Assembly (NCBI GenBank): GCA_963793205.1
Contig: CAWBZM010000008.1
Span: 59,709-123,708, forward strand
Length of the DNA stretch: 64,000 nucleotides
Source of the DNA: an uncultured Gemmatimonadales bacterium
Lineage (GTDB): Bacteria; Gemmatimonadota; Gemmatimonadetes; Gemmatimonadales; GWC2-71-9
Reading direction: 5' to 3'
A program made the position numbers and the translations under genes. Below the pieces are notes generated by a model. The model was not told the DNA's origin. It worked only from the letters and a program-made list of their open reading frames with translations, and did no database searches. Below, one piece after another: positions 31,105 through 40,349 of this stretch (the stretch's first letter is position 1; each line of letters begins with the position of its first letter).

Positions 31105-32397
31105 TTACCGCGGTGCCGGGGCCGCGGGAACGAATCGCAGGAGCTCTTCCCCCAGCGCCCGCTGCTCCTCCCGCAGCGCCACCACGGTGGATCCCCGTCG
31201 ATACCACAGCGCTACCCGCTCCGCGTCGGCGGTAGCGAGCCTCGCCTCCTCGAGCTGGAGCGTCAGAAACGCCAATCCACCGGCAAGCGGTACCGTGAGC
31301 ACGCCCCACCACCACGCTGTCAGGCAGCCAATGACGATTGCGGTTCCGAGGATCCACCCGACGAACAGCAGAAACCCGGTCACCGCCTTGAGCGTCGCCA
31401 TCAGGTCACGATCCCGGGTCAGCAGGGCAACCACCCAGCCGGTGGCCCGGTAGGGGAGCCAGGTCCAGGCCACGCCGATCAGCCAGACCAGGGCGACAAC
31501 GGGGGCACGCCAACCGCGCCACATTCTTGTCGCCGACGGGGCTGGTGCGGCCAGTTGGGCCGGGGTGAGGCCGAGTCGCTGCAGCGCGCGGGCGTGTCGC
31601 TGGACTCGGACGCGGAGCGCCGGGAGCAGCGGGTTGTTGGTGGCATCCAGGACGCCATGGATCCCGCTGGCGCGCGCCACCCACGAGGGAGGAGGCTCCG
31701 GCTGACCGGTGCTTGCGGCCACGACGGCCGCGGCATGTTCTACGATCTCCTGGTCGGCCCAGCTATCGAGCTGGCGGGTCACCGCTCCGAGAGCCGAGGT
31801 CAGCCGCGCGGTCAGGTCGGTCACGGCTTCGCGATCATCGGGGCCGGCGGCGCGGAGGTCCTCCCATGCCACTGGCGATCCGATCACCACACCGGCGGGT
31901 GACCGGTAGGTCGCGGCATCGCGGTAGATCACGCCGACCGGAATGATCGGGAAGGGTGGGATCTGCTGGGCCGCCTGCAGCGCCAGCCGGGCGGCCCCCG
32001 TCTTGAGCGGCGCCAGACCGGGCGCGTCGTGACTGATCCCTTCCGGGAAGAGAGCCACGACACTGCCATCCGCCAGCGCCTGAACAGCGGCGTCGAAGGT
32101 GTCAGCGTTCCGGGCCATCTGCGCGGCATCGTCCTGCCGACGATACACCGGGATCGCGCCCGCCGCCCGGAACAACCACCCGATCCACGGCTGGAAGACC
32201 AGCGTCGATTTGGCCAGCCAGCGCACCGGTCGTCCCACCGCCGCCGTGACCACGACAGGATCGATGAGCGCATTCGGATGATTGGCCACCAGCAACACCG
32301 GTCCGACAGGATCCACCGCGCCCTCCACCGCCGTGATGCGATGCATGCTGGTCGCGATCCAGCGGCTCACGGATGGCAGGTAGGGCAGCAGCCACAT
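31105..32397 (-). CDS. Lysophospholipid/glycerol acyltransferase with C-terminal TM extension
   Basis: ANHPNALIDP (NHx4D), PVYRRQD, FPEGISH, LKTGAAR. Confidence 0.9.
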   Translation of the reverse strand: MWLLPYLPSVSRWIATSMHRITAVEGAVDPVGPVLLVANHPNALIDPVVVTAAVGRPVRWLAKSTLVFQPWIGWLFRAAGAIPVYRRQDDAAQMARNADTFDAAVQALADGSVVALFPEGISHDAPGLAPLKTGAARLALQAAQQIPPFPIIPVGVIYRDAATYRSPAGVVIGSPVAWEDLRAAGPDDREAVTDLTARLTSALGAVTRQLDSWADQEIVEHAAAVVAASTGQPEPPPSWVARASGIHGVLDATNNPLLPALRVRVQRHARALQRLGLTPAQLAAPAPSATRMWRGWRAPVVALVWLIGVAWTWLPYRATGWVVALLTRDRDLMATLKAVTGFLLFVGWILGTAIVIGCLTAWWWGVLTVPLAGGLAFLTLQLEEARLATADAERVALWYRRGSTVVALREEQRALGEELLRFVPAAPAPR

Positions 32398-32489
32398 GCA
32401 GCGGAATCCTTTGTTGGTGGATGAGATGCAAGGTAGGCGGCTGCCTCGCGTGCTACCATCTCCGGGCGGCTGCTGCTAAACTTGCCGCC

Positions 32490-33453
32490 CATGTCCTCAC
32501 CCGCCGACTCCCCCCCTCCGCGCATTGAGCGCCGCTGGTGGGGCGGGGCCCATCCCGTCGGCGCCGGCCTCTTCGTGGTCATCGCGCTGTTGGCGCTGTA
32601 CTTCGTGCCCCGGTCGCCCAGTTCCGAGATGTCGTTCCTCAAGGCGGTGGAGTTCCTCGCCTTCGGATTCGCGGTGGGCGCCTACGGCACGATGGTGGGC
32701 GCGGGCGGAGGATTCCTGATCGTCCCCGCCATGCTGCTGGTACAGCACGCCGACCCGGCCCAGGCCGCAGGAACCTCGCTGACCGTGGTCTTCCTCAACG
32801 CGCTCTTCGGGACCATTTCCTACGCCAAGCAGAAACGGATCGACTATCGCAGCGGGCTGCTGTTTGCCCTGGCCACAGTGCCCGGTTCGATCATCGGAGC
32901 GTTCCTGGCGCCGCATTTCAGTGGGCCGGTCTTCGACCGGGTCTTCGGCACCCTGATGCTGCTCCTGGCCGCGCTGCTCATCTGGCGGCCCGCGGCGGAG
33001 GAGCAGATCGCCCAGGCCATCATCGAGGAATCGGGCGGGCCCTGGTACAAGGTCTTCCAGCAGGTCACCGACGCCACCGGAGAGCAGTTCACGTATCGCT
33101 ACAATCTGCTGCTGGGTATGGCGGTGAGCGTGGTCGTGGGTTTCATGGCCAGCATTCTAGGCATCGGCGGCGGGATCATCCACGTGCCGGTGCTGACCTA
33201 CGCGCTGGGATTCCCGGCCCATATCGCCACCGCCACCTCGCACTTCATCCTCGCGATCTCCGCCGGGATCGGGGCCGGTAGCCATCTCGCCCTCGGGCAT
33301 GTGCTGGTAGGCCCGGCGATCCTGATGGGGGTCGGGGCGGCGGGCGGCGCACAGCTGGGCGCCCGCCTGGCCCTGCGGCTGCGCGGTGGCAAGATCCTGC
33401 GGTTGCTCTCGCTAGCCCTGCTGGTGGTGGGGGTGCGGCTGCTGGCGAGATGA
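32490..33453 (+). CDS. Sulfite exporter TauE/SafE family protein
   Basis: G..G.GGGFLIVP and LGIGGGIIHVP repeats, A.GTSL / A.ATS; about 9 TM helices. Confidence 0.9.
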
Positions 33454-33765
33454 GGACAGCAGGGGGGAGGACAACAGGTGAGGACAACAGGTGAGGACAA
33501 CAGGTGAAAAAACGGGTGAGTACGGCGGGTGAGAGAAGCAGGTGAAGATTAATTTCACCCGCCGTTCTCACCGGCTGTTCTCACCCGCAATTCTCACCTG
33601 CTGTCCTCACCCGCCGTTCTCACCGGCTGTTCTCACCCGCCGTTCTCACCGGCTGTTCTCACCCGCAATTCTCACCTGCTGTCCTCACCCGCCGTTCTCA
33701 CCTGCTGTCCTCACCCGCCGTTCTCACCGGCTGTTCTCACCCGCTGTCCTCACCTGCAGCGTTCA
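33451..33765. repeat. Inverted 13-bp tandem array (7 units, AT-rich centre, 16 units)
   Basis: Left arm TGAGGACAACAGG-type units at 33451-33542; right arm TCACCNGCNNTYC units at 33555-33762. Confidence 0.97.
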
Positions 33766-35289
33766 TCCCTTCGCCTGGGGCTTCGCCGCCGCCACATACA
33801 GCGCCTGCTGAGTCGTGGACTGTCGCAGCAGATCCAGGGCACGGCTCAGCTGGGGATCGCGGTCGGTGTCCCGCAGGAAGGCGGTGGAATCGGTATCCAC
33901 GAAGATGCCCACCCGGTTGGTGAGGATCCGATCGAGCAGCGCCTGCCCCCGGACCGCAACCGAATCTTCCACGTCCACCCCTGCCGCCCGCAGGCGCCGC
34001 AGCGTCTCCATCCGCCATTCGGGAGTCACGCTGAAGCCGGGCTGCACCGACTCTTCCAGCTCGCCAGCGTAGGTATCGAGCACCTGCGTCACGACCTTGG
34101 CCCGGCTGCCGAAGACCTTCCCCAGTTCCTGATCTCCCGCGGAGGGCGGCAGCGCGCCGATCTCGATGTCGGGCGCAATCCCACCGCCGCCCAGCACGGC
34201 ACGTCCACCCGCAGAGTGGAAAATCGGACGAGCATGGGCCAGCGCGGAGTCGGTCCGCTGAATGAGCCGGCCGCTCGGAGTGTACCAGTGCCCGCTGGTC
34301 AGCCGGAGGACCCAACCGTCCGGGAGCCGGTAGACTCCCTGTACCAGTCCCTTGCCGAAGCTGGTCGTGCCGACCAGGAGTCCCCGGTCATAGTCCTGCA
34401 GCGCACCGGCCACGATCTCGCTGGCCGAGGCCGAACCGCTGTCGACCAGCACCGCGATCGGCAGCTCGGCGGCCACCTGCGGCCCGCGCGAGGCGCGGAG
34501 GGTATCGTCGTACTGGCGGTACTGCACCCGGACCACTGTCTGCCCGTCGCCGAGGAAGAGACCGGCCAGCTGGACCGCCTGCTCGAGGTCGCCACCGGGA
34601 TTGCCCCGCAGATCCAGCACCAGTCTCCGGGCGCCAGACTTCCGCAACCGGGTCAGGGCCAGGGCCACGTCCGCCGCGGAGTTGTCGCTGAACCGCTCCA
34701 GCGGGAGGTACCCCACCGAACCGGGCAGCATCGCCACGAACGGCACCGCGGGAGGATGGATGGTGCCGCGGGCGAAGGTACGGGTGTAGCTCGTGCCATG
34801 CTGACCGCGTCGGAAGGTGACGCGGACGTTGGTCCCCGGCACGCCGGTGAGGCGGCTGGAGGCACGCGGGACGTCCCACCCGGTGGTGGCTGAATCACCC
34901 ACCGCGGTAATGCGGTCGCCCGGCCGGACTCCCAGAGCGGCAGCCGGGCCACCGGGAATCACCCGGAACACCGCCAACTCACCCCGGATCTCCACGATAC
35001 GGAGCCCCAGGCCACCATAGCTGTTGCCCAGCGTGTTCCGGCTGAATTTCTCAAAGTCCTCGCGGGATTGCAGTCCCGCGTAGGGGTCGTTGAGGCCGGC
35101 CACCAACCCCTTCGCCGCGCGCTGGTACAACTCGTCGGTCGGGATCGGGGTGACCGCGTCCCGCCCGATAATCGCGAAGACCGACTGAAAGAGTCGTTCG
35201 CCGTCATGCGCGCTGGCACGACCCGCCAGGAAGACCGCCGCGAGGATCGGCCCTGCGGCGAAGAACATACGGTTCGCCCTGAAACGCAT
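33763..35289 (-). CDS. S41 family carboxyl-terminal processing protease
   Basis: Signal peptide, PDZ domain, LDLRGNPGG, SASASEIVAGALQD, GTTSFGKG.VQ. Confidence 0.93.
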   Translation of the reverse strand: MRFRANRMFFAAGPILAAVFLAGRASAHDGERLFQSVFAIIGRDAVTPIPTDELYQRAAKGLVAGLNDPYAGLQSREDFEKFSRNTLGNSYGGLGLRIVEIRGELAVFRVIPGGPAAALGVRPGDRITAVGDSATTGWDVPRASSRLTGVPGTNVRVTFRRGQHGTSYTRTFARGTIHPPAVPFVAMLPGSVGYLPLERFSDNSAADVALALTRLRKSGARRLVLDLRGNPGGDLEQAVQLAGLFLGDGQTVVRVQYRQYDDTLRASRGPQVAAELPIAVLVDSGSASASEIVAGALQDYDRGLLVGTTSFGKGLVQGVYRLPDGWVLRLTSGHWYTPSGRLIQRTDSALAHARPIFHSAGGRAVLGGGGIAPDIEIGALPPSAGDQELGKVFGSRAKVVTQVLDTYAGELEESVQPGFSVTPEWRMETLRRLRAAGVDVEDSVAVRGQALLDRILTNRVGIFVDTDSTAFLRDTDRDPQLSRALDLLRQSTTQQALYVAAAKPQAKG

Positions 35290-35324
35290 CGAGCCCCCTG
35301 TGTGATGTCGTTGCGGTGGCGCTC

Positions 35325-35351
35325 TTACGAAGATCGCTGAGGAAAGATGCA
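35325..35351 (-). promoter_or_regulatory. Possible ECF-type promoter of the S41 protease gene
   Basis: Minus strand TGCATC-N16-CGTAA, 35 nt upstream of the start. Confidence 0.3.
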
Positions 35352-35468
35352 CCTCGCCCGGGCGCCCGTCTCCATGACCTCCTAAGGTACTTGAGGTGCC
35401 GCAGACGTGCTGTGTCCGAATTCGCAGCGTGGTTGGTCCCCGGTCGCGGGGGTAAGTACCTTCTTGCC

Positions 35469-36485
35469 ATGGGCTTCTTCGATTCGGATGATCGGCGCGC
35501 AGCATTCCTGATTCTGCTGTTGGGTCTCGGGCTTCTCATGGCACTGGCTCCCTACGCCAGCGGCCTGATTGGCGGCCTGGTGCTGTACGTCGTGTTCGCC
35601 CCGATGCATAGCTGGGTCGCCCGGAAACTGCGGCGCGACGTCTCCGCCGGCCTCGTGGTCCTGGTCGCGGTGCTCCTGATCGTGACCCCAGTCGTGCTCT
35701 TCGCCGGGGTGGTCGCCAGTCAGGCCCAGCACCTCGCCACCGGAGTCATCCGTGGGCCGTTGCTCGACCGCCTCTCTACCCTGCAGATTGGCCCCTACGC
35801 CCTCGGCCCGAAGCTGGCGGGGCTGGGTGAGGAAATCGTCACCTGGCTCGGCGCCAGCGCCTTTGGTCTGCTCGGGACCGCCACGGTGATGGGGCTCAAC
35901 TTCAGTATCGCCCTGTTCATCATGTATTACCTGATGCTGACCGGTCCCGGAGTCTGGCAGGCGGTCCGGCCGTACATCCCGTTTTCGCCGGCCAGTTCTG
36001 ACCTGCTGCGTGATCGCTTCCGCGATGTGACCATTTCCACGGTGATCGGCACCGGACTCACGGCGGTGATTCAGGGGGCGCTCACCGGAATGGGATTCTG
36101 GCTCACCGGCGTGCCCAATGCCTTCTTCTGGGCCGTCGTCACCATGGTGTTCGCCGTGCTGCCGGTCGTTGGCTCAGGCCTGATCTGGGGGCCCGGCGCG
36201 CTCTCGCTCTTTCTCACCGGGCGCTACGGCGCCGGCATTGCCCTGGTGCTGATCGGGATCACCCTCGTGGGCAACGTCGATCTGGTGATCCGTCCGGCGG
36301 TGTTCCGCCGCTATGCCCAGATTCATCCCCTGGTGACCCTCGTCGGCGCTATCGGTGGGGTCGGGTACTTCGGCCTGCTGGGCATCCTCATCGGCCCGCT
36401 GGCGATCTCCTACTTTTTCGAGCTGATCCGGATCTACCGGGTGGAATTCCCGCATCCGCACGCCAGCCATGAGGTCGCCGAATGA
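35469..36485 (+). CDS. AI-2E family transporter
   Basis: Multi-TM; A.IQG.L.G.GF, LPVVGS..IW.P, D..IRP, HPLVTL.G..GG...FG..G..IGP. Confidence 0.9.
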   Translation: MGFFDSDDRRAAFLILLLGLGLLMALAPYASGLIGGLVLYVVFAPMHSWVARKLRRDVSAGLVVLVAVLLIVTPVVLFAGVVASQAQHLATGVIRGPLLDRLSTLQIGPYALGPKLAGLGEEIVTWLGASAFGLLGTATVMGLNFSIALFIMYYLMLTGPGVWQAVRPYIPFSPASSDLLRDRFRDVTISTVIGTGLTAVIQGALTGMGFWLTGVPNAFFWAVVTMVFAVLPVVGSGLIWGPGALSLFLTGRYGAGIALVLIGITLVGNVDLVIRPAVFRRYAQIHPLVTLVGAIGGVGYFGLLGILIGPLAISYFFELIRIYRVEFPHPHASHEVAE

Positions 36486-37582
36486 CGCCATCTGCTGCTG
36501 TCGGCGGGAAGGACCCCCGCATGGTCCGACGCGATGCCGATGGCCTCAACATGGGCCCACCGCTGGCGCTGCTGCAGGCCCATGCGATCACGCCGGTGGG
36601 GTTGTTTTTTACCCGCAGTCACGCTCGGCCGCCAGTCATCGATCGCGCTGGCTGGCGATTGCGGATCGGCGGGATGGTCCGCCAGCCGCTGGAGTTCACC
36701 TTCGAGCAGCTCCACGATCAATTTCCGCGGGTCACCCGGCTGGCCAGCCTGGTCTGTGCTGGCCTCCGACGGGACGAACTCATCGCCACCCGTCCCATTC
36801 CAGGGGAACTGCCCTGGAGTTGCGACCCGATCAGCACCGGAGAGTGGAGTGGTGTCCTGCTGGCCGCGCTGTTGCAGCGGGCCGGCGTGCAGGACGGTGC
36901 AACCCACGTGGCGTTTGTGGGAGCCGACCAGGTGGAACGCCACGGAGAGGTATTCGGCTTCGGTGGGTCGGTGCCGCTGGCCAAGGCGCTGGCGGACGAA
37001 GCTCTGCTCGCCTCCGAACTGAACGGCGCGCCACTGCTTCCTGATCATGGATTCCCCCTGCGGGCCCTGATCCCGGGATACATCGGCGCCCGGAGCGTGA
37101 AGTGGCTGACGGAAATCCGGGTGCAGGATGGTCCGTCCGACAACTACTTCCAGGCCCACGCCTACCGCGTGCTGCACGAGCCCGACCCGCGCGACCCGCG
37201 TGATGTGACCGCAGGGACGCCCCTTGGCGCGGTGGCCCTGAACTCCGTCGTGCTGGAGCCGGTCACGGGAGCGCACCTGCCGCGGGGCCCAGTCACCGTT
37301 GCGGGCTGGGCCCTGGGGAGTGATGGCGCACGGATCGATCGGGTGGAACTGTCGTGGGATGGTGGCAGGAGCTGGGCGCCCGTGACCCTTGATCGCTCCG
37401 CCGGTCCCTGGGCCTGGACCCGCTGGCGCACCACCATCATGCTCGACGCTGGGGCACATACTGTGGTGGCCCGCGCCGTCGATGCCGCCGGCCAAACCCA
37501 ACCGGCGGAACTTTCCACCGTCTGGAACGCGAAGGGGTACGCGAACAACGCCTGGCACCGTGTGCGCTTCACGGTGGAGTGA
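36482..37582 (+). CDS. Sulfite oxidase family molybdoenzyme (no signal peptide or heme domain)
   Basis: FFTRSH, LVCAG.RR (Mo-ligand Cys), W.GV.L, HGFPLR..IPGYIGARSVKWL..I, dimerisation domain W.W..W, WNAKGYANN. Confidence 0.9.
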   Translation: MTPSAAVGGKDPRMVRRDADGLNMGPPLALLQAHAITPVGLFFTRSHARPPVIDRAGWRLRIGGMVRQPLEFTFEQLHDQFPRVTRLASLVCAGLRRDELIATRPIPGELPWSCDPISTGEWSGVLLAALLQRAGVQDGATHVAFVGADQVERHGEVFGFGGSVPLAKALADEALLASELNGAPLLPDHGFPLRALIPGYIGARSVKWLTEIRVQDGPSDNYFQAHAYRVLHEPDPRDPRDVTAGTPLGAVALNSVVLEPVTGAHLPRGPVTVAGWALGSDGARIDRVELSWDGGRSWAPVTLDRSAGPWAWTRWRTTIMLDAGAHTVVARAVDAAGQTQPAELSTVWNAKGYANNAWHRVRFTVE

Positions 37583-37657
37583 GTTCGTCCGACTGGATAT
37601 AGATCGCCCGAAGCGATCTGGTTGCCCGAGCGAACCGGTCACGATACTGTTTGCCGC

Positions 37658-38797
37658 ATGACCAACCCCGCATCTTCTGCCGCCACCGTCGGTCTGGACC
37701 ACGTCTTCGCCCTGCAGTCGAGCATCTGCCAGCTGTCCGCCGAGGATGGCCGGTTGGCGTATCGCGGGTATGATGTGCGGACGCTGGGCGAAGAGTCGAC
37801 GTTCGAGGAAACGGCCGCGCTGCTGGTGCAGGGTGCGCTCCCGACGGGCGCCGAATTACGGGTCTTCACCACGGAGCTACGGGCTCGGCAGAAACTGTCG
37901 CTCGTGGGGACCCGGACCCTCAAGGCGCTGCCCGCGAACACCTCGGCGATGGACGCGCTCCGCGCCGTCCTGTCCACGCTGGCCGCGGAGCAGCCGGTCA
38001 AACTTCCGCCGAGCCGGGAGGACGCCCGCGACCAGGCACTCCGCCTCGTTGCTGTGACCCCGACTATTGTGGCTGCCCATCACCGGTTGCGAAGCGGTGA
38101 GAAGCCGATCCTGCCCAAAAAGAGTGTGGGGTTTGCCGCCAACTTCCTGTCCATGCTGCAGGGCGCAGCGCCCGATCCCGACGCTGCGCGTGCGCTGGAT
38201 ATCGCGCTGATCCTCCGGGCCGAGAACGAGCTCAACCCCTCGACCTTCGCGGCGCGTGTCACCGCCTCGACTGGAGCCGATGTCTGCGGGTCAGTGATCG
38301 CCGCGCTCTCGGCGCTGGCGGGTCCGCGCCACGGGTGGCACACCCGGAATGTGCTCGCGGCGCTGGAGGAGATTGGTGCCGCAGCCCAGGTCGAGGGGTG
38401 GGTGCGGGAGCGGTTGGCCCGCCAGGCAAAAGTCCCTGGCTTCGGGCACCAGGTGTACCGCGGAGAGGATCCCCGCACCACACTGCTGCGTGGATTGGCG
38501 GAGCGGGAATGTGCCCGCGCCGGCCTGGAGGACCTGTACCAGACCGCACGTCAACTGGAAGTCGTAGCGCTGCGGGAAACGGGCCAGCACGCCATCGTCG
38601 ACTTCTACCTGGCCCCGCTGTATCGCGCGGTCGGGATCCCGGTCGAACTGTTTACCGCAGTCTTCGCCATCAGTCGGATGCCGGGGTGGACCGCGCACGT
38701 GATTGAGCAGTATCAGGATGACAAGCTGATCCGCCCACGGGCGGAGTATATTGGTCCGGTCGGTCTCGAGTATCGCCCAGTCCGGAAACGTCGCTAG
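37658..38797 (+). CDS. Citrate synthase/methylcitrate synthase-like protein (divergent)
   Basis: G.L.YRGYD, STFAARV.ASTG, GP.HG, GFGHQVY...DPR, VDFY, FA.SR..GW.AH..EQ....LIRP. Confidence 0.85.
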   Translation: MTNPASSAATVGLDHVFALQSSICQLSAEDGRLAYRGYDVRTLGEESTFEETAALLVQGALPTGAELRVFTTELRARQKLSLVGTRTLKALPANTSAMDALRAVLSTLAAEQPVKLPPSREDARDQALRLVAVTPTIVAAHHRLRSGEKPILPKKSVGFAANFLSMLQGAAPDPDAARALDIALILRAENELNPSTFAARVTASTGADVCGSVIAALSALAGPRHGWHTRNVLAALEEIGAAAQVEGWVRERLARQAKVPGFGHQVYRGEDPRTTLLRGLAERECARAGLEDLYQTARQLEVVALRETGQHAIVDFYLAPLYRAVGIPVELFTAVFAISRMPGWTAHVIEQYQDDKLIRPRAEYIGPVGLEYRPVRKRR

Positions 38798-38851
38798 CCG
38801 CCTGGTTCCTGCCCGTCCTCGTGTGGCCACTGTCCTCTCACCACGCACGGT

Positions 38852-40339
38852 ATGACCTTCGCCTCTTCAGTCGTCGCCTCCGCCCCGGCAGGATTCGCCA
38901 CCCCCTTGCTGGCGGTCCTGGTGCCGTCAGGTCCGCTGCCCGCCAGTCTGGCCGCCCTCGACACGGCGAGTGGTGGGATGCTGGGGCGCCTCTACGCCGC
39001 CGGCGATTTCGCCGGTAAGCGCGACGAGCTGGCCCTGCTGCACCCAAACGGACCGACCAGCCGTGTCCTGCTGGTCGGGGTAGGGAAAGCGGCAGAGGTC
39101 AGTCGCACCGCGCTCCGGCGCGGTGCCGCGGCCGCCGCGAAGCGAGCCCGGGTCTTGGGCGTGCCATCACTGGCACTGCACCTGACCTCCGAAGCGCGTG
39201 GTACCGTGAGTGCGGAAGATGCGGGTCAGGTGCTGGCGGAAGGGCTCGCATACGGCGCCTGGCACTATCCCGATCTCAAGCGTCCTCCGGAAGAGCCGAA
39301 GCCCCCACTTGAGCAAGCGACCATTCTCGCGCCCACCGACACCGCCGGCATCCAGGCGGGCCATCGGACCGGGGCAGCGGTGGCGGCCGGCCAGACCCTG
39401 ACTCGGGGCCTGCAGGTGCTGCCGGGGAACAGTTGCACCCCCACCTATCTCGCCTCGCAGGCGGTGGACCTCGGCAGCCGCCACGGCATCACCGTCACGG
39501 TGCTGGACCTGGCAGCCATTCAGAAGGAAAAGATGGGTGGCCTGCTCGCCGTGGCGCAGGGAAGCGTCGAGGAGCCGCGCTTCATTGTGCTCGAGTACCG
39601 CGGAGCCGCCGGAGCGCCGATCGTGCTGGTGGGGAAGGGCGTGACCTTCGACACGGGCGGCATCTCCATCAAGCCGGCCGACAAGATGGAGGACATGAAG
39701 TACGACATGTCCGGCGCGGCTGCGGTCCTGGGCACCTTCGAAATGCTCGGTCGGCTGAAGCCGGCGGTGCATGTGATCGGCCTGGTACCGACCACCGAGA
39801 ACATGCCGAGCGGCAGTGCGGTGAAGCCGGGCGACGTGATCACGAGTCACTTTGGCAAGACCATCGAGATCATCAATACCGATGCCGAGGGCCGGTTGAT
39901 CCTCTGCGACGCCCTCTCCTGGGCCCGGCGGTACAAGCCCGCCTGTGTCATCGATGCGGCGACCCTCACCGGTGCGGTTGTCGTGGCCCTTGGTGGCATC
40001 GCGTCGGGCGTCATGGGGACCGATGATGCCCTGGTCGAAGAGGTACGGCGGGCGGGAGAACGGGCGGGGGAACGGGCCTGGCCGCTGCCGCTCTGGGACG
40101 AGTACCGCGATCTCATCAAATCCGATATCGCGGACGTGAAGAACTCCGGTGGACGGCCCGCGGGTACCATCTCCGCCGCCTGGTTCCTGCGGGAGTTCGT
40201 GGAGGGGTATCCCTGGGCCCACGTCGACATCGCCGGAACCGCCTACAGCGATCGGGAAGACGTGACTCGCGTCAAGGGCCCGACCGGCAACTGCATGAGA
40301 CTCTTTTCTGAATTCGTGCTCCAGCGCGTGGGGAAATGA
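38852..40339 (+). CDS. pepA: Leucyl aminopeptidase (M17)
   Basis: VGKGVTFDTGGISIK, MKYDMSG, ENMP, NTDAEGRL.L.D, ATLTGA, H.DIAG. Confidence 0.95.
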   Translation: MTFASSVVASAPAGFATPLLAVLVPSGPLPASLAALDTASGGMLGRLYAAGDFAGKRDELALLHPNGPTSRVLLVGVGKAAEVSRTALRRGAAAAAKRARVLGVPSLALHLTSEARGTVSAEDAGQVLAEGLAYGAWHYPDLKRPPEEPKPPLEQATILAPTDTAGIQAGHRTGAAVAAGQTLTRGLQVLPGNSCTPTYLASQAVDLGSRHGITVTVLDLAAIQKEKMGGLLAVAQGSVEEPRFIVLEYRGAAGAPIVLVGKGVTFDTGGISIKPADKMEDMKYDMSGAAAVLGTFEMLGRLKPAVHVIGLVPTTENMPSGSAVKPGDVITSHFGKTIEIINTDAEGRLILCDALSWARRYKPACVIDAATLTGAVVVALGGIASGVMGTDDALVEEVRRAGERAGERAWPLPLWDEYRDLIKSDIADVKNSGGRPAGTISAAWFLREFVEGYPWAHVDIAGTAYSDREDVTRVKGPTGNCMRLFSEFVLQRVGK

Positions 40340-40349
40340 GGCCGGTTTG

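Noticed and set aside
33286-33300. attR-like copy of the tRNA-Leu 3' end (CTCGCCCTCGGGCAT)
   Set aside because: Short, gapped, inside the intact tauE coding sequence and with no integrase nearby; likely chance.
33451-33765. CRISPR array
   Set aside because: Contiguous 13-bp units with no unique spacers, inverted arms and no cas genes in the window.
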